Shown: in pieces, positions 1 to 13,914 of the stretch
Position numbering within the stretch: position 1 is the first letter of the stretch
Layout of the letters: each line of letters starts with the position of its first letter
Assembly: GCF_001194135.2 (NCBI RefSeq)
Contig: NC_068998.1
Location: forward strand, 13,928,259-13,992,258
DNA length: 64,000 nt
DNA from: Octopus bimaculoides
Taxonomy: Eukaryota
Direction of reading: 5' to 3'
Program-made: the position numbers and the translations under genes
Notes under the pieces: model-generated
Database searches by the model: none
What the model was told of the DNA's origin: nothing
The model's input: only the letters and a program-made list of their open reading frames with translations

Positions 1-496
1 ATAGGAGAATACATTTGTTCAGATGCAACACAGTGAGATTGAACCCAGAACCATGTGGTTACCAAGTTAACTATTACATCTCTCAGATGTGCCTCTGTTC
101 CCTACTTGTTGAAATTTCATTGCATTAACATCTTTTTTTTGTTTTTGTTTTGTAACTTCCAGTCACAAGTTTTACCCCATTGTATGTTCTCTTTTCATAA
201 CTGTCTGTTATGTGTGTGCCAACTTTTTTGTTTTCTATTCATCTGCAACATAGAATAAACAAACGAATACAGTTATGTAAACCGACTGCTATTGTTGCTG
301 AGCTGGCAGATTCGTTAGCATGCTGACTGAAATGCTTAACAGTATTTCGCTTCAATCTGAGTTCAAATTCCGCCGAGGTCAACTTTGCCTTTCATCCTTT
401 CGAGGTTGATAAAATTGAACACTGGGATCAATGTAATTGACTGATCCCCTCCCCCAAAATGGCTGCCTTAGTGGCAAAATTTGAAATTATTATCGT

Positions 497-735
497 TAGG
501 CGGCGAGCTGGCAGAAACGTTAGCATGCTGGGCAAAATGCTTAGTGGTATTTCATCTATCTTTATGTTCTGAGTTCAAATTCCGCCGAGATTGACTTTGC
601 CTTTCATCCTTTCGGGGTCGATAAATTAAGTACCAGTTGCGTTCTGGGGTCGATCTAATCGACTGGTCCCCTCCCTCAAAATTTCGGGCCTTGTGCATAG
701 AGGTAAAAAAAAAAAATTATTATTATTATTATCAT
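497..735 (+). mobile_element. SINE family C (GGCGAGCTGGCAGAA head, CCTTTCATCCTTTCGGGGTCGATAAA core, (ATT)n tail)
   Basis: Many copies: about 295-490, 14070-14700(-, three in a chain), 32170-32450(-), 38630-38850, 42095-42545(-), 56190-56360(-), 56715-57055(-). Confidence 0.85.
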
Positions 736-1172
736 ATTTACTCAGTAGCACCATGTGGTGAAGTCTTTAACCCTTTAGCATTCAAACAGGTCATATCCAG
801 CCAAAATATTTAATCTGTTTTATATTGAAACTGACCAGATCTGGCCTCTCACCTCAATCCTCAATCTGGCCATTCACCTCAATCCTACATTCTGAATTCA
901 AATTCTGCTTTTCTTCCTTTCAAGGTCGATAAATTAAGTACCAGCGAAACACTGAGGTTGATGCAATCAACTCGTCCCCACTTCCCACAAATTTCACTTC
1001 AATAGAGGCCACCAATCAAGCAGAGCCAAGCATAGTGAAGTGGCTCCTCAGTCAAAGTGGACAGCTATTTGACACATCCTGTAATCACTGGTTCATTGTG
1101 TCTCTCTCTCAGAACTCACAATGACCCAGTTTACTTAGCTGTCAGAAATTTTTTTTTTAAAACTACTTGAGA

Positions 1173-1211
<39 letters not shown>

Positions 1212-1774
1212 TTAACATCTGCCTTCCATGCTGGCATGGGTTTGACCCAGACATCGACAAATACTCCATTGACTTTTATACAGTATAACCTCCCCCGCCA
1301 CACACACACACACACACATATAACATCTTACTGATTGCCAAATGGGGACTTAACACATACACATACACATAACAGGCTTCCACACAGTTTCCATCTACCA
1401 TATTCACTCACAAGGCATTGGTAAACCCAGCACGGTGCGACTGAACTGAAAACTATGTGATTGCAAAGCATGCTTCTTAACCACTACCTAAGAGTAGACC
1501 AAGAACGAGATATTTGGATAATATCCAAAGTCTCAGTTGGTCATGGTTAGGAATCCAGCAGGCATATGTAATAACAGTTGCTTCTGATTAGACCCTAAGG
1601 AGGAGGTGCTTGAAGACTCACAACGCTCCCAGGGATAGTGGGTAGAGAAAATGAATAGATGGATGGATGGACACTGCTTCAAGCTAACTATAACGCACAG
1701 CTAAAATATTTTGTTCATTATTACTTTTTTTTTTTCCCCACCACTTTGATTTGTTCAATTTTACCTTCTTGTAG

Positions 1775-1877
1775 GAAACTCATATATTGCACACCTTCAA
1801 AGAAGATTTCTATGGTCATTTATTAAAAGTCATTATAGTAGGCTATCTTCGACCAATGGCAGATTTTAATGGTCTTG
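1775..1877 (+). CDS. RFK: Riboflavin kinase, penultimate coding exon (ETHILHTFKEDFYGHLLKVIIVGYLRPMADFNGL-D)
   Basis: Acceptor ttaccttcttgtag|GAA, donor G|gtaagt; 103 nt, phase 0 to 1. Peptide closely matches the RFK ETH...FKEDFYG...IVGYLRP motif containing the catalytic Glu. Earlier exons are not seen in the window. Confidence 0.95.
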
Positions 1878-2309
1878 GTAAGTAGTGGCAGATTGGTGCC
1901 CTTTCTCCTTCTTGTTTTATTTTTGATTGACAGCTATTTCTAAAAAAAGTGTTGTTTTATCTAAAGAAAAAAGTCAAGCATTTGAAGCAGAAACATCAAT
2001 AAATAATTGTTAAAAATACACAGACAAAAACAAGGAGTTCAGTCTAAGCTCAAATGAGAAAGAAAGGCATATCTCGCATATGTAATATAGTGATTGCAAA
2101 AACTTCAATTAGTTGTATTGTCTTTCTTATCCCAGAATTTCAGTCAACTAATCTTATTAGAATTACCTCATATATTTGTTGCTTTTAGATTTTAATCACT
2201 CCTTAGTGGAAGATTTTGTCTCTAAATTGCTTGGATAATCTCAACTGATCAGTGTTTTTCAATTCAATATTATATATGTGAAACCTTATTAAAGATATAT
2301 ATATTTATA

Positions 2310-2513
2310 GTACCGCCTGACCGGCCTTCGTGCCAGTGGCACGTAAAAGCACCCACTACACTCTCTGAGTGGTTGGCGTTAGGAAGAGCATCCAGCTGTA
2401 GAAACTCTGCCAAATCAGATTGGAGCCTGGTGTAGCCATCCGGTTCACCAGTCCTCAGTCAAATCGTCCAATCCTTGCTAGCATGGAAAGCGGACGTTAA
2501 ACGACGATGATGA
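2310..2513 (+). mobile_element. Retroposon family D copy
   Basis: Same 3' end and (GAT)n tail. Further copies at about 13345-13593(+), 16461-16620(-), 40240-40488(+), 44690-44900(-), 50761-50928(+). Confidence 0.85.
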
Positions 2514-2787
2514 GTAGTTTGCAGAATGCTCCCTAAGATACTTTACCTCAGCTGTATTGTTGATATTTTAGTCTGAATTGTCTAACATGTTGTTTCTCCC
2601 TAAAAGAGATAGTGAGAAAACAGAGAGTCTATCAATTCAGAGAAGCAGATGATATTTCTTTTGTTGTTTGTTCATCTACAGCAGAGTTACAATGCCTGTA
2701 ATATATTTATGGCTCTTGACTGAAAAATCGTCATCATCGTCGTCGTCATCTGCAACATTATCAAGTTGCAAGTTGAGCACATTGTCT

Positions 2788-3977
2788 CATCATCATCATC
2801 ATCATTGTCTAATGTCCGCTTTCCATGCTAGCATGGGTTGGATGATTTGACTGAGGACTGGTGGAACCGGATAGCAACACTAGGCTCCAATCTGATTTGG
2901 CAGAGTTTCTACAGCTGGATGCCCTTCCTAACGCCAACCACTCAGAGAGTGTAATGGGTGCTTTTACGTGTCACCCGCACGAAGGCCAGTCAGGCGGTAC
3001 TGGCAATGGCCACGCTCAGAATGGTGTATTTTATATGCCACCCGCACAAGAGCCAGTCCAGGGGCACTGGCAACGATCTCGCTCGAAAATCCTACGAAGG
3101 CCAGTCAGGCGGTACTGGCAACGGCCACGCTGNNNNNNNNNNNNNNNNNNNNNNNNNNNNNNNNNNNNNNNNNNNNNNNNNNNNNNNNNNNNNNNNNNNN
3201 NNNNNNNNNNNNNNNNNNNNNNNNNNNNNNNNNNNNNNNNNNNNNNNNNNNNNNNNNNNNNNNNNNNNNNNNNNNNNNNNNNNNNNNNNNNNNNNNNNNN
3301 NNNNNNNNNNNNNNNNNNNNNNNNNNNNNNNNNNNNNNNNNNNNNNNNNNNNNNNNNNNNNNNNNNNNNNNNNNNNNNNNNNNNNNNNNNNNNNNNNNNN
3401 NNNNNNNNNNNNNNNNNNNNNNNNNNNNNNNNNNNNNNNNNNNNNNNNNNNNNNNNNNNNNNNNNNNNNNNNNNNNNNNNNNNNNNNNNNNNNNNNNNNN
3501 NNNNNNNNNNNNNNNNNNNNNNNNNNNNNNNNNNNNNNNNNNNNNNNNNNNNNNNNNNNNNNNNNNNNNNNNNNNNNNNNNNNNNNNNNNNNNNNNNNNN
3601 NNNNNNNNNNNNNNNNNNNNNNNNNNNNNNNNNNNNNNNNNNNNNNNNNNNNNNNNNNNNNNNNNNNNNNNNNNNNNNNNNNNNNNNNNNNNNNNNNNNN
3701 NNNNNNNNNNNNNNNNNNNNNNNNNNNNNNNNNNNNNNNNNNNNNNNNNNNNNNNNNNNNNNNNNNNNNNNNNNNNNNNNNNNNNNNNNNNNNNNNNNNN
3801 NNNNNNNNNNNNNNNNNNNNNNNNNNAAGGCCAGTCAGGCGGTACTGGCAACGGCCACGCTCAGAATGGTGTATTTTATGTGCCACCCACACAAGAGCCA
3901 GTCCAGGGGCACTGGCAACGATCTCGCTCGAAAATCCTACGAAGGCCAGTCAGGCGGTACTGGCAACGGCCACGCTG
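2788..3977 (-). mobile_element. Retroposon family D copy whose 5' part is a 115-bp tandem repeat spanning gap 3133-3826
   Basis: ACGAAGGCCAGTCAGGCGG recurs at 2979, 3094, (3824) and 3939. Confidence 0.8.
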
Positions 3978-4772
3978 TCTCTTCATTTAAAAATATGCCT
4001 AACTTAATTTTCACCCTTGAAAGAAATAACTCATAACACCACTCGTGCGAAGACACATGACTTAATGTTTGCATAGTCAAAAGCTAATAGTTTCAACTCC
4101 TTAACTGATTCGTGCATTGTGTCCTTGCACGAAATATGTAATTTCACATTACTCAAGACTGCTTAGTTGTAAATGAGTTTCAGCAATACCTGGGAAGTTA
4201 ACCATGTGGAGGTACAGTGTCCTGTTTGGTGGCGAGTCTTGTAATCTTTGTCAGTTATATGCCATGGTAACCAGGTTAAACTTTGGTTGTATGTGCCCTA
4301 GGGCTCATGACAGATCTAACCTAGTTCCACTTGTCTTTATAGCATATTGGCAAATGGTTGCTGATGAGTACAAGCATGGCTGTGTTGTTGACGTGTTTGT
4401 TTCACAGCTATATGGTTTCTGGTGCAATTCTAATGTACATTGGATAAATGTTTTTTGCTATAGTTTTAAACCAACCATACCCTTTTGAGTGAAATTAAAT
4501 GAAGAGAAAATATGTGGAAACCCTTCAGATGGACTGTTGATGCTTTTCTATGGTATTTTTACTATGTTACTGTTTAATAGTACTACTTGGCCTTTGGGTT
4601 CCTTAATCATTCAGGCTAAGTGCTCAATCTGAAGATAATTTTGTCCCTTCCTCTCTGAAAGGGCCTGAAAAATGCCATAGGCGTTCCTTTTTCTTTCCTG
4701 AATATGCTATAATTTTTTTTGTTTTTAAATGTGTGTGTCTTTCCAATAAAATTTGTTTTATGTTACATTCAG

Positions 4773-4888
4773 ATGAACTAATTAAAGCTATAGAAAATGA
4801 TATTGAAAAAGCATCAACTCTTTTGGAAATGCCGAACTTTTTATCTTATAAAGATGACAACTTCTTTGGAGCTGACGAGCAAAGTTGA
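4773..4888 (+). CDS. RFK: Riboflavin kinase, last coding exon (D-ELIKAIENDIEKASTLLEMPNFLSYKDDNFFGADEQS*)
   Basis: Acceptor ttacattcag|AT; phase 1 matches the preceding exon. Resembles the RFK C-terminus (LI.AI..DIE.A...LE.P.....K.DNFF). TGA at 4886-4888. Confidence 0.93.
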
Positions 4889-7800
4889 TTATCAGTGAGC
4901 AACAAGAATGGAACATTCTTTATACATCTACTTCATTGTGATGATTGTTAAATATTAATATACAATAAGCATTATATTTTAAATTATATTGTTGATTCTG
5001 TTGAAAATACCATGTTAATTCCATAACATTCCCTTCTGCAAATTTTTATTAAATCTAAATGAAAAGGAAAAAAAAAAACACAGTTACATACATGTGTATA
5101 CAAGTCATCTATTGATGGTGTCATATTAACTGACACACAGATGTAAATAATTTATTTGTTGACTGTAAAATTTACAGAAATATACGAACATAGATAATTC
5201 ATTTATTGACAGTGCAACACAGACATATAATTTTCATTTTTTGATGAAAGTCTATAGACATATCTACTATTTGTGTAAAATTTACAGGCACAGACATAAA
5301 TATTTCATCTGTTGATGGTATAATATTTACTGATGCAGATAAGTCATCTGTTAATGGTCTTTAGAATATGACTGCTGAACAGATTTTTCAATGAGCTTCA
5401 AGGAAGGTTTTGTCACAAGTCTTTGATATATTGTCTGATGTGTTCTGTTGTGCATCCTTTGTGGTTTATGCCATCAAATGGGTCCAATGTCATTGAATGA
5501 TTTCTCTTATGAACAAATGACCAAATCTTCTTTGGAAGCAAATGCAGAGTTTAATAAATTAAGTAATGTAAAAAGAATGGAATTCATATTTTTCTCGTTT
5601 CTAAGTATGAGGTCACTAACAATGCAAGTGAAATTAAGCAGAATGATTGAATCCAGATGATTTTACAATCTGATTTCACTTCCTGATTTGGAGCCATAGA
5701 ATTTTCATTAATTCATTTCTACCTTTTTTTTGTGTAAGATATATCATGAACACCTCACAATCTCAATAGTCACTCTGCTCCAAATCTTTTTTGCTTTATG
5801 CAAATGTAAGCAGGTGATATTGTGTAATGTTAAATGAAATAAAATAGGTGTTTAAATATTTCTATATTTCTTAGCTGTTTGATTAACCAGCTTAAATTAC
5901 ATTATCATCAGAAGTCACTGACCAAAACCAATTACTGGTTAATCTTATTATAAGACAGTGTTTGGTTAAGTAATCTATCATAAAATGCTAGTCAACATTA
6001 TTAGCTCATTAAGGAATCATAACACACTGAAACCAACACTATTAGCAGCTAATTAATCTATCATTATAAGATACTGACTGACATTATTTCATAGAAGCAT
6101 TTTCCAAAACATTAATTTCACCTCTTTAAAAAAAAAAAAAGCAAAATGCAATTTTTAAACAGTGTATGAGTATCATTAGTAATCATGTATATAATATCCA
6201 TGTGTTTGGGCCAGGATTGAATTCGTTTTTTTTTTTTTTGTTTTTTTTTTTTTTTACAGAAAGGGCTTTACATTTTTGTGGTATAAGTTGATCAGGTTAT
6301 TGGGACCCTAAAAAAGAAAAAAAAAACAAAACAAATAATGCAGTTAACAGTCCTGAAAACTTATCTTTCACTGCTTGTAACTAATCTAAAATAATCCAGG
6401 TATAAATTCAATAACTTTATTTTTGCTCAACATCAGCCTCATTGCAATATCAAATAAATGATAGTGATAATAGAGTCAAAATTCAGTCAGTTACATTGGC
6501 TGACATACATGAAATATTNNNNNNNNNNNNNNNNNNNNNNNNNNNNNNNNNNNNNNNNNNNNNNNNNNNNNNNNNNNNNNNNNNNNNNNNNNNNNNNNNN
6601 NNNNNNNNNNNNNNNNNNNNNNNNNNNNNNNNNNNNNNNNNNNNNNNNNNNNNNNNNNNNNNNNNNNNNNNNNNNNNNNNNNNNNNNNNNNNNNNNNNNN
6701 NNNNNNNNNNNNNNNNNNNNNNNNNNNNNNNNNNNNNNNNNNNNNNNNNNNNNNNNNNNNNNNNNNNNNNNNNNNNNNNNNNNNNNNNNNNNNNNNNNNN
6801 NNNNNNNNNNNNNNNNNNNNNNNNNNNNNNNNNNNNNNNNNNNNNNNNNNNNNNNNNNNNNNNNNNNNNNNNNNNNNNNNNNNNNNNNNNNNNNNNNNNN
6901 NNNNNNNNNNNNNNNNNNNNNNNNNNNNNNNNNNNNNNNNNNNNNNNNNNNNNNNNNNNNNNNNNNNNNNNNNNNNNNNNNNNNNNNNNNNNNNNNNNNN
7001 NNNNNNNNNNNNNNNNNNNNNNNNNNNNNNNNNNNNNNNNNNNNNNNNNNNNNNNNNNNNNNNNNNNNNNNNNNNNNNNNNNNNNNNNNNNNNNNNNNNN
7101 NNNNNNNNNNNNNNNNNNNNNNNNNNNNNNNNNNNNNNNNNNNNNNNNNNNNNNNNNNNNNNNNNNNNNNNNNNNNNNNNNNNNNNNNNNNNNNNNNNNN
7201 NNNNNNNNNNNNNNNNNNNNNNNNNNNNNNNNNNNNNNNNNNNNNNNNNNNNNNNNNNNNNNNNNNNNNNNNNNNNNNNNNNNNNNNNNNNNNNNNNNNN
7301 NNNNNNNNNNNNNNNNNNNNNNNNNNNNNNNNNNNNNNNNNNNNNNNNNNNNNNNNNNNNNNNNNNNNNNNNNNNNNNNNNNNNNNNNNNNNNNNNNNNN
7401 NNNNNNNNNNNNNNNNNNNNNNNTCAGCCACTTGCACGTTAATTTCACAAGCAGGCTGTTCCGTTGATTGGATCAACTGGAACCCTCGACGTCGTACGCG
7501 ACGGAGTGCCAACAACAACAACATTTTATGAGTTACACTGGTGAAGCTTTTTCCTTTTATAACCCTGTGCAAGAGTTAATGAACGGTGGTTGAAAATCAG
7601 ATCATATATCAGTTGCAGCTGAGAAATTCCAAATACTGGATTTGATACTTGTATTTTATATCAAACATAGTCCTCTCTTTCAATGATACTGTGTGTTTGT
7701 ATGTTTTTCTTTTTTTTTTTTTTCTTCATGTCATTGTCATGCACAAGTCATGTATTTTTGATATGCACTAAGTTTTCTCTACTTTATAAAAAACATCGAC

Positions 7801-8162
7801 TTGTACATACAACAGCTATATGTAGGCTAAGAAAACTACATTAGCTGTCACATCTACATGCATACACTCACAAAAAATTCATACCCCAAGTTTCAGCATG
7901 TTAAGGTTTCATATTTATTTTTGTTCTTTAATGGACTTGAGGCTGTGATCTCAGACTCATTCTCTCATTCCTGTTTTAAACAGTATCATTACATGCACAG
8001 AAACTTTCAGCGAATAAATTGCTCATCGATGTTATCTGCATGGGAAAAAATAACTGTTAGCATTGGCATATTTAATGCAGGGAACATCAAACGGTTTACT
8101 AGAAGTAAATGGTGAGGGGAAAATTAATATTTGATATTGGCTGTTGAACAGTGAAGTCTGTG

Positions 8163-8203
8163 CTTTGCTGAAGATGGTTCCATAAAACCAAAACATATCT
8201 GGA
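8163..8203 (+). ncRNA. Decayed minimal hammerhead motif
   Basis: CTTTG-CTGAAGA-T-GGTT CCATA AACC-AAAAC-ATAT-C-TGGAG; perfect helix II, G12->A and G16.2->A, helix I mostly G.U. Confidence 0.4.
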
Positions 8204-9204
8204 GTTGTCTCCCATACTTATCTAAAAGAATCTAAATAATATTAGTCAATGAGTGAATTTTTTTCTCCATCTCATACTGCATTTTTTCCTGTTAGCTTTT
8301 TGATACTCCTTACAGTAACATTAACTTCACTATTAATCCTATAACAAAGTCAAAGGAAGTAAAATCGACTCTGCTCTAGGTTTTGTAGTAACTGTTTTCA
8401 TTTCCATAAGGATGTTATTCTACTGAGAGATAATACCATCAGTGAGACTAAGTCTGTTGAGTGCCAAAAACTGAGAAAAATGTGAGAGAAAAAGTTTTGC
8501 AGGAAATGATTAACTGAGATTATTTGATAGTTTTTTTTTTGGTCTCAGTGTCAGTTCTAAACCTTTGAAAAGAATCTGTGGTTATAGTATAATTCTGCAA
8601 GGGGTTGTTGTGATGGATGATGAGGAGATGTCTTATTTTCTTAGCAACTTTTGCAATTTGAAACTGCAAATTCGTAAATCTCTAGTAAAGAAATGTATTA
8701 TATTGCAATCAATAACTGAATCATGATGCTTTATAAAGTGTTGAACTTATTTCTTATAATATTGTTTATAATGTTATGTTGTTATTTCATAATTTGCATA
8801 AAACTCTTCATTGAATCAATTATAAATTTCTTTCTTTATTTTCAACAACATTTTAAGAAATATTTTTCTTGCCTTCATTAAAAAAAAATTTTTTTTGTTC
8901 TTTTTCCTATTTTACTTTCCACAATTATATTATCAATTCTATTGGCTATGGCACATATTAAATGTCAACTCAACAAAATACAGCTATATAATATACTTTT
9001 AAAATAAAACATGTACTAACCTAAGTTTTGAGGGTAGAAGAAATACAATGAATTGAAATGATAGAAATTTCTTTTTTAATAAAGTGATAGGTTTTTAGCT
9101 TTACTATTTATCATTTACGGAGAGGTACTTGCATAGCAAGTGACCTGATCTGAGATTGTGTGCTGGAACGAAAACAATTGCAGTGTGGAAGGTGTTTATA
9201 AGCC

Positions 9205-9296
9205 ATTTAAAATAACACACAAAAACTGTTAGAATCACTTCAACATTTAAATTTAAATGTTGAAGTGAATCTAACAGTTTTTGTGTTATTTTAAAT
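9205..9296. repeat. Zero-loop palindrome abutting an assembly gap
   Basis: Centre ATTTAAA|TTTAAAT at 9251/9252; arms differ by one substitution and a 2-nt indel. Confidence 0.85.
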
Positions 9297-10106
9297 NNNN
9301 NNNNNNNNNNNNNNNNNNNNNNNNNNNNNNNNNNNNNNNNNNNNNNNNNNNNNNNNNNNNNNNNNNNNNNNNNNNNNNNNNNNNNNNNNNNNNNNNGTAT
9401 ATATATATATATATATAAAACATGTTTTGAATATATGTCTTTTACTTGCTCCAATCATTTGACTGTGGCCATACTAAGGCACTGCCTTGAAATTTTAGTT
9501 AAACTTATGAACCCCCGTACTTATTTTTTTAAAGTCTGGTACTTACTCTATCAGTCTCTTTTACCAAATCACCAAGTTACAGGAAAGTAAACTCACCAGC
9601 ACCAGTTTTCAAGTGATGGTGGTGGACACACACACAAATATATATATGTGTGTGTGTGTATATATATATATATGACAGGCTTCTTTCAGTTTCTGTCAAT
9701 CAAGTCCACTTGCAAGGCTTTGGTCAGGGTGCCATGCAGTGGGACTGAACCCAGACCCATGTGGTTGGGAAGCATGCCTGCATCTGTATGGTTGAATGTA
9801 TTTTCTAATACATTAAATATTCATTGTAAACTGCTCTCTCTTTTGTAAACTTAATATGATGATTAATGATACTAACAGACACACCTAATATATTGTTTAT
9901 ACTACTAAATACAATGTGTTAATAATACAGTCTTAATTAGCTAAAGTTAATCCTTGGTGGCCTGGATCATTGCATCCTGAAATTTGGTAACCATGATATA
10001 AAAAGAACAAAAGAATTTTTTTGTATGTCTTACTAGAAGTTTTATTCACTGTAAAATACTGCAAGCCTCTCCAACATTCTTTTTATTTCAGTTATATTTT
10101 ATATAT

Positions 10107-10481
10107 AGGCGCAGGAGTGACTCTGTGGTAAGTAGCTTGCTTACCAACCACATGGTTCTGGGTTCAGTCCCACTGTGTGGCACCTTGGGCCAGTGTCTTC
10201 TACTATAGCCTCAGGCCGACCAAAGCCTTGAGTGGATTTGGTAGACGGAAACTGAAAGAAGCCTGTCGTATATATGTATGTATGTGTGTGTGTGTTTGTC
10301 CCCCCAACTTCGCTTGACAACCGATGCTGGTGTGTTTACGTCCCCGTAACTTAGTGGTTCGGCAAAGGAGACCGATAGAATAAGTACTAGGCTTACAAAG
10401 AATAAGTCCTGGGGTCGATTTGCTCGACTAAAGGCAGTGCTCCAGCATGGCCGCAGTCAAATGACTGAAACAAGTAAAAGA
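10107..10481 (+). mobile_element. SINE family A (tRNA-like head, CORE-like GGCACCTTGGGCAAGTGTCTT, internal microsatellite, conserved tail), full length
   Basis: Near-identical copies elsewhere in the window; A/B-box-like head. Confidence 0.9.
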
Positions 10482-11544
10482 GAGAGTTGTGAAGGTGATG
10501 GACTCATACCACATTGGCTTTAAAGTTTTATTTCTCATTCTTCATGTCTATAGAAAAGGAAGGTTTTTCTCAACTACCTCAATCTACTATCTTAAGAAAT
10601 AAGTACATTCCTATGACAGGATTGTTGTTTTCCTGTTCCACAGAACCAAACATATTAGATATGAGTTGACCCTTTTCATACCAACCCACCTGTGATCACT
10701 CCCAGGTTTTATGACATAAACTTATACTGTTTTAAAGTGGTCTAAATTATAATCTTCCATAAAAATTTTATGCTAATTTGTTCCAGACCCCAGCTGAAAA
10801 ATAAGCAAGTTATTTTCCTAAATTCTTCATTAAATTAAAAATTAATTGAAACAAAAGCAGCCTATGTTGACAGAATTATGGTAACAAAGGGGTTAAGTTT
10901 TAACTTTCTTCCATTACATTATTGACTTCTCATTAAAAAAAAATGGTGAAGTTCAACTTTTATCTACTGAAAAAAATAGTTGTTTTAAACTCAGCAGTTT
11001 TCATAATCATTTCATCAAATTCACCCAGATATCATGGATGTAACTCTTCCTACTGCAATAATTCTTAATGTAATGATGCAATGCATATGGTATCTTAGTG
11101 ACCTACAAATATTCTAAAATATAATTTAAGCCTTTAGAAAATTCATTACTCCTAATTTTGTTATGTCCAAATATGAATAACCATTTTGCTGCCAAATTTC
11201 TGTTGAAATACACTTGTTTTGTTTCAGTTAATTTTGAAAATAATGAAAAATATAGTAAATTAACTGTGAGATTAGATAGGTGTTTGGAACATAAATTAAC
11301 ATGAAATACTGGTGGATTATTTGAATTCAAATCTGTTTAAAATGTGAAGTTTGTGTCATAGTATGAAAAAGAGTTCATGAAACAAGCCAAGCAATAGTTT
11401 TTTCTATTGGTTTTCCTAAATTTTTAACTTTACATCATAGTTATTTTTCATTATTTTCATTTTCCAAACAAAAACGCTCCAGTATCTGTCTCTTTTTTTT
11501 AATGTATAGCAAAGTAAAAAATAAAGAGGACCATTGCTCTACAG

Positions 11545-11717
11545 CAGTGCTCCACAACCTTTTTTTTTTTACCTGCGATACACTTATATTCTTTTCAAAA
11601 TTCAATGACACACCTGAACTGAAAATATAACTAAAAGTATGAGGGAAAAAATTATATTCAGGTTACACTGCGGCATACCTAGCATCATCTCATGGCAGAT
11701 CAGTGTGCCAAGCACTG
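11545..11717. mobile_element. hAT-type MITE
   Basis: CAGTGCT...AGCACTG termini with 8-bp flanks CTCTACAG / CTTTACAG (7/8 match). Confidence 0.7.
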
Positions 11718-13914
11718 CTTTACAGAGTTAAAAAAAAAAGACAATATTCAAATATGTATCATTATTTTGATGCTTATTTGAATTTTGATAGCCTATTCAA
11801 TGAAGTAACATTAAAGGGAAGATAAGCTTTGCCTTTACTACAGAAGAAAGTATATAATGAAAGCAGAGAGAGTACTATATCAAGGATTCTGCTTATATAT
11901 ATTTATTTTTTTAAATAAGACTTTGGGTTTTTTTTTTTTCTTTCACATTTGGTTTAAATTTTGAAAACCTTAGACATATATCACATATCCCTATTACTTG
12001 ATATTTTCTCTCAATTGTCTAAGGTATTATTATCTTAAGTTGACACTTTAGTCTAATTTTGTATGAAAAGAAATATAAATAAATTTCAATGTAATTAGTG
12101 TAAGATTAAAGTGATGCAGGTGAGAAGTGTTACCAGTCACTGTTGAGTCAGATTCTATGATAAATAAAATAAATAATTTAAAACATTATTTCATCTCTTC
12201 AAGATTAGATGAACACATATACACTCAAGCCATTATTTGTCAAGATAATTGTCATTTGTATCTTGTATGAATAAAGAATAAAAGTCACCGATGCCTTAGA
12301 TTTTACAATAGTGAAAATTGTGAACAAGGACTGGATGGTAAGACTTGGATATTAATGAGGTGTAATATGCTTTAGGACAAAATTCTATTCTTGTGATATT
12401 TATGTAAATTTAAATAAATTATTTTAATGAACATATGATTTTGTTTTTGTTGGTTATCTACATTTTTCTGAACTTGCTTGTTTTTTTTCCCTAGTTCACC
12501 TTTGATACAAGGAATTCTAGTATCTTTTCTACAGACAAAGTATCCTAGATGCTTTGTTAATTTATTTGTTGTTGTTTTGTTGTAATAGCAATAGTTGGTT
12601 TTTGATAATAGGGGTCCACTGAGATGGATGTGTTGGACTATTGACCATATGAAATCAAGCTTTATTATAGTTACTTGTATTGTGTTCCAAAGTCAAGTTA
12701 CATAGCTCTGCTTGCTTCAGTCTACATAGATCATATTTTGTGGGTGAGAGAGTATACAACTATCAAAAAACACTCCAGCAATATGCAAAAACCATCCGTT
12801 CTATGAACCCATAAGGTCTCTATGCAGTTTCACATTCTGCAGAAATAGCAACCAAGTCTTCCTCCAAAAAAACACCATGCCATCTTTAAACATAAAGTGA
12901 ACAACTACGATAATGTAGTTCCAGATACACTATTGTACATCTGGAACTACATTATATATGAACATATATTTGAAACATCTCAGCATGGATCTGCTCAGTC
13001 AAAGCTGATCTGGAGATAAACAGTAGAGAGCTTCTACATGGTCGTACAATATGTGAGAAATAAGAACCATATCTCCCTCAGATCACAGCTCACTGCCTTA
13101 GAGAAGAACACACTGGCTAATATAGCCCTAGGTCTCCCAAGAAGTCATGGCTGGAACGCCTTTGGTGATAAGCCTGCTTGATCTGGATAAGTTCTTTCAT
13201 AAAACTAAATGGAACAATAAGACAAATATTAATTTTGCAGCTCCTATTGATCTTTGTCTCTAACCCTCCTTTCTAAATGTGGGTAGCATGTAAATTCTCT
13301 GATCAACACTCCTCTCCTCATCTCCTATCATAAGGTGGAAACCACCCAACTCATGTAGGGTTTCTGGTCTTGCAAGCTTCATGGAAACCTCACTAGTGCT
13401 GGTGGCATCAAAAAAAGAGCACCTAGTACATACTGTAAAGTGGTTGGCATCAGGAAGAGCATCCAGCTATAGAAACTATACCGAAGCATACATTAGAACA
13501 TGATGCAGTCCTTGCAACAATAAGATCTTGTCGACTGTTTGACCCATGCCAGCATGAAACTTGGAAGCTAAAAAAATGATGACGATGATGATGACACTTA
13601 TTGAAACAACATGAATTGAAAAATATGCAAAGCAAATAAAAACACACACTCAGTTTTAGAGTTTAAAATCATTAATTCTTTAGTTCTTTTAGGTTTTTTT
13701 TTTTTGGTTTTTTTTTTTTCATGTATTTTCATATAATGTCTCCTTGAAATTAGACAAAATAATTTTACAGCAGATCACAGGCAGCTATTTTGGGTTTTGT
13801 TTATGTGTGTGTGTGTGTGTGTGAAGAATAAGCAATAATAATAATAATAATAATAATAGTAATTATAATAATAATAATAATCATAATAATAATAATAACA
13901 ACAACAACAATTAT

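Noticed and set aside
2861-7572. Long ORFs of 250-390 aa in the track (also 62800-63342)
   Set aside because: They are open only because they run through N gaps.
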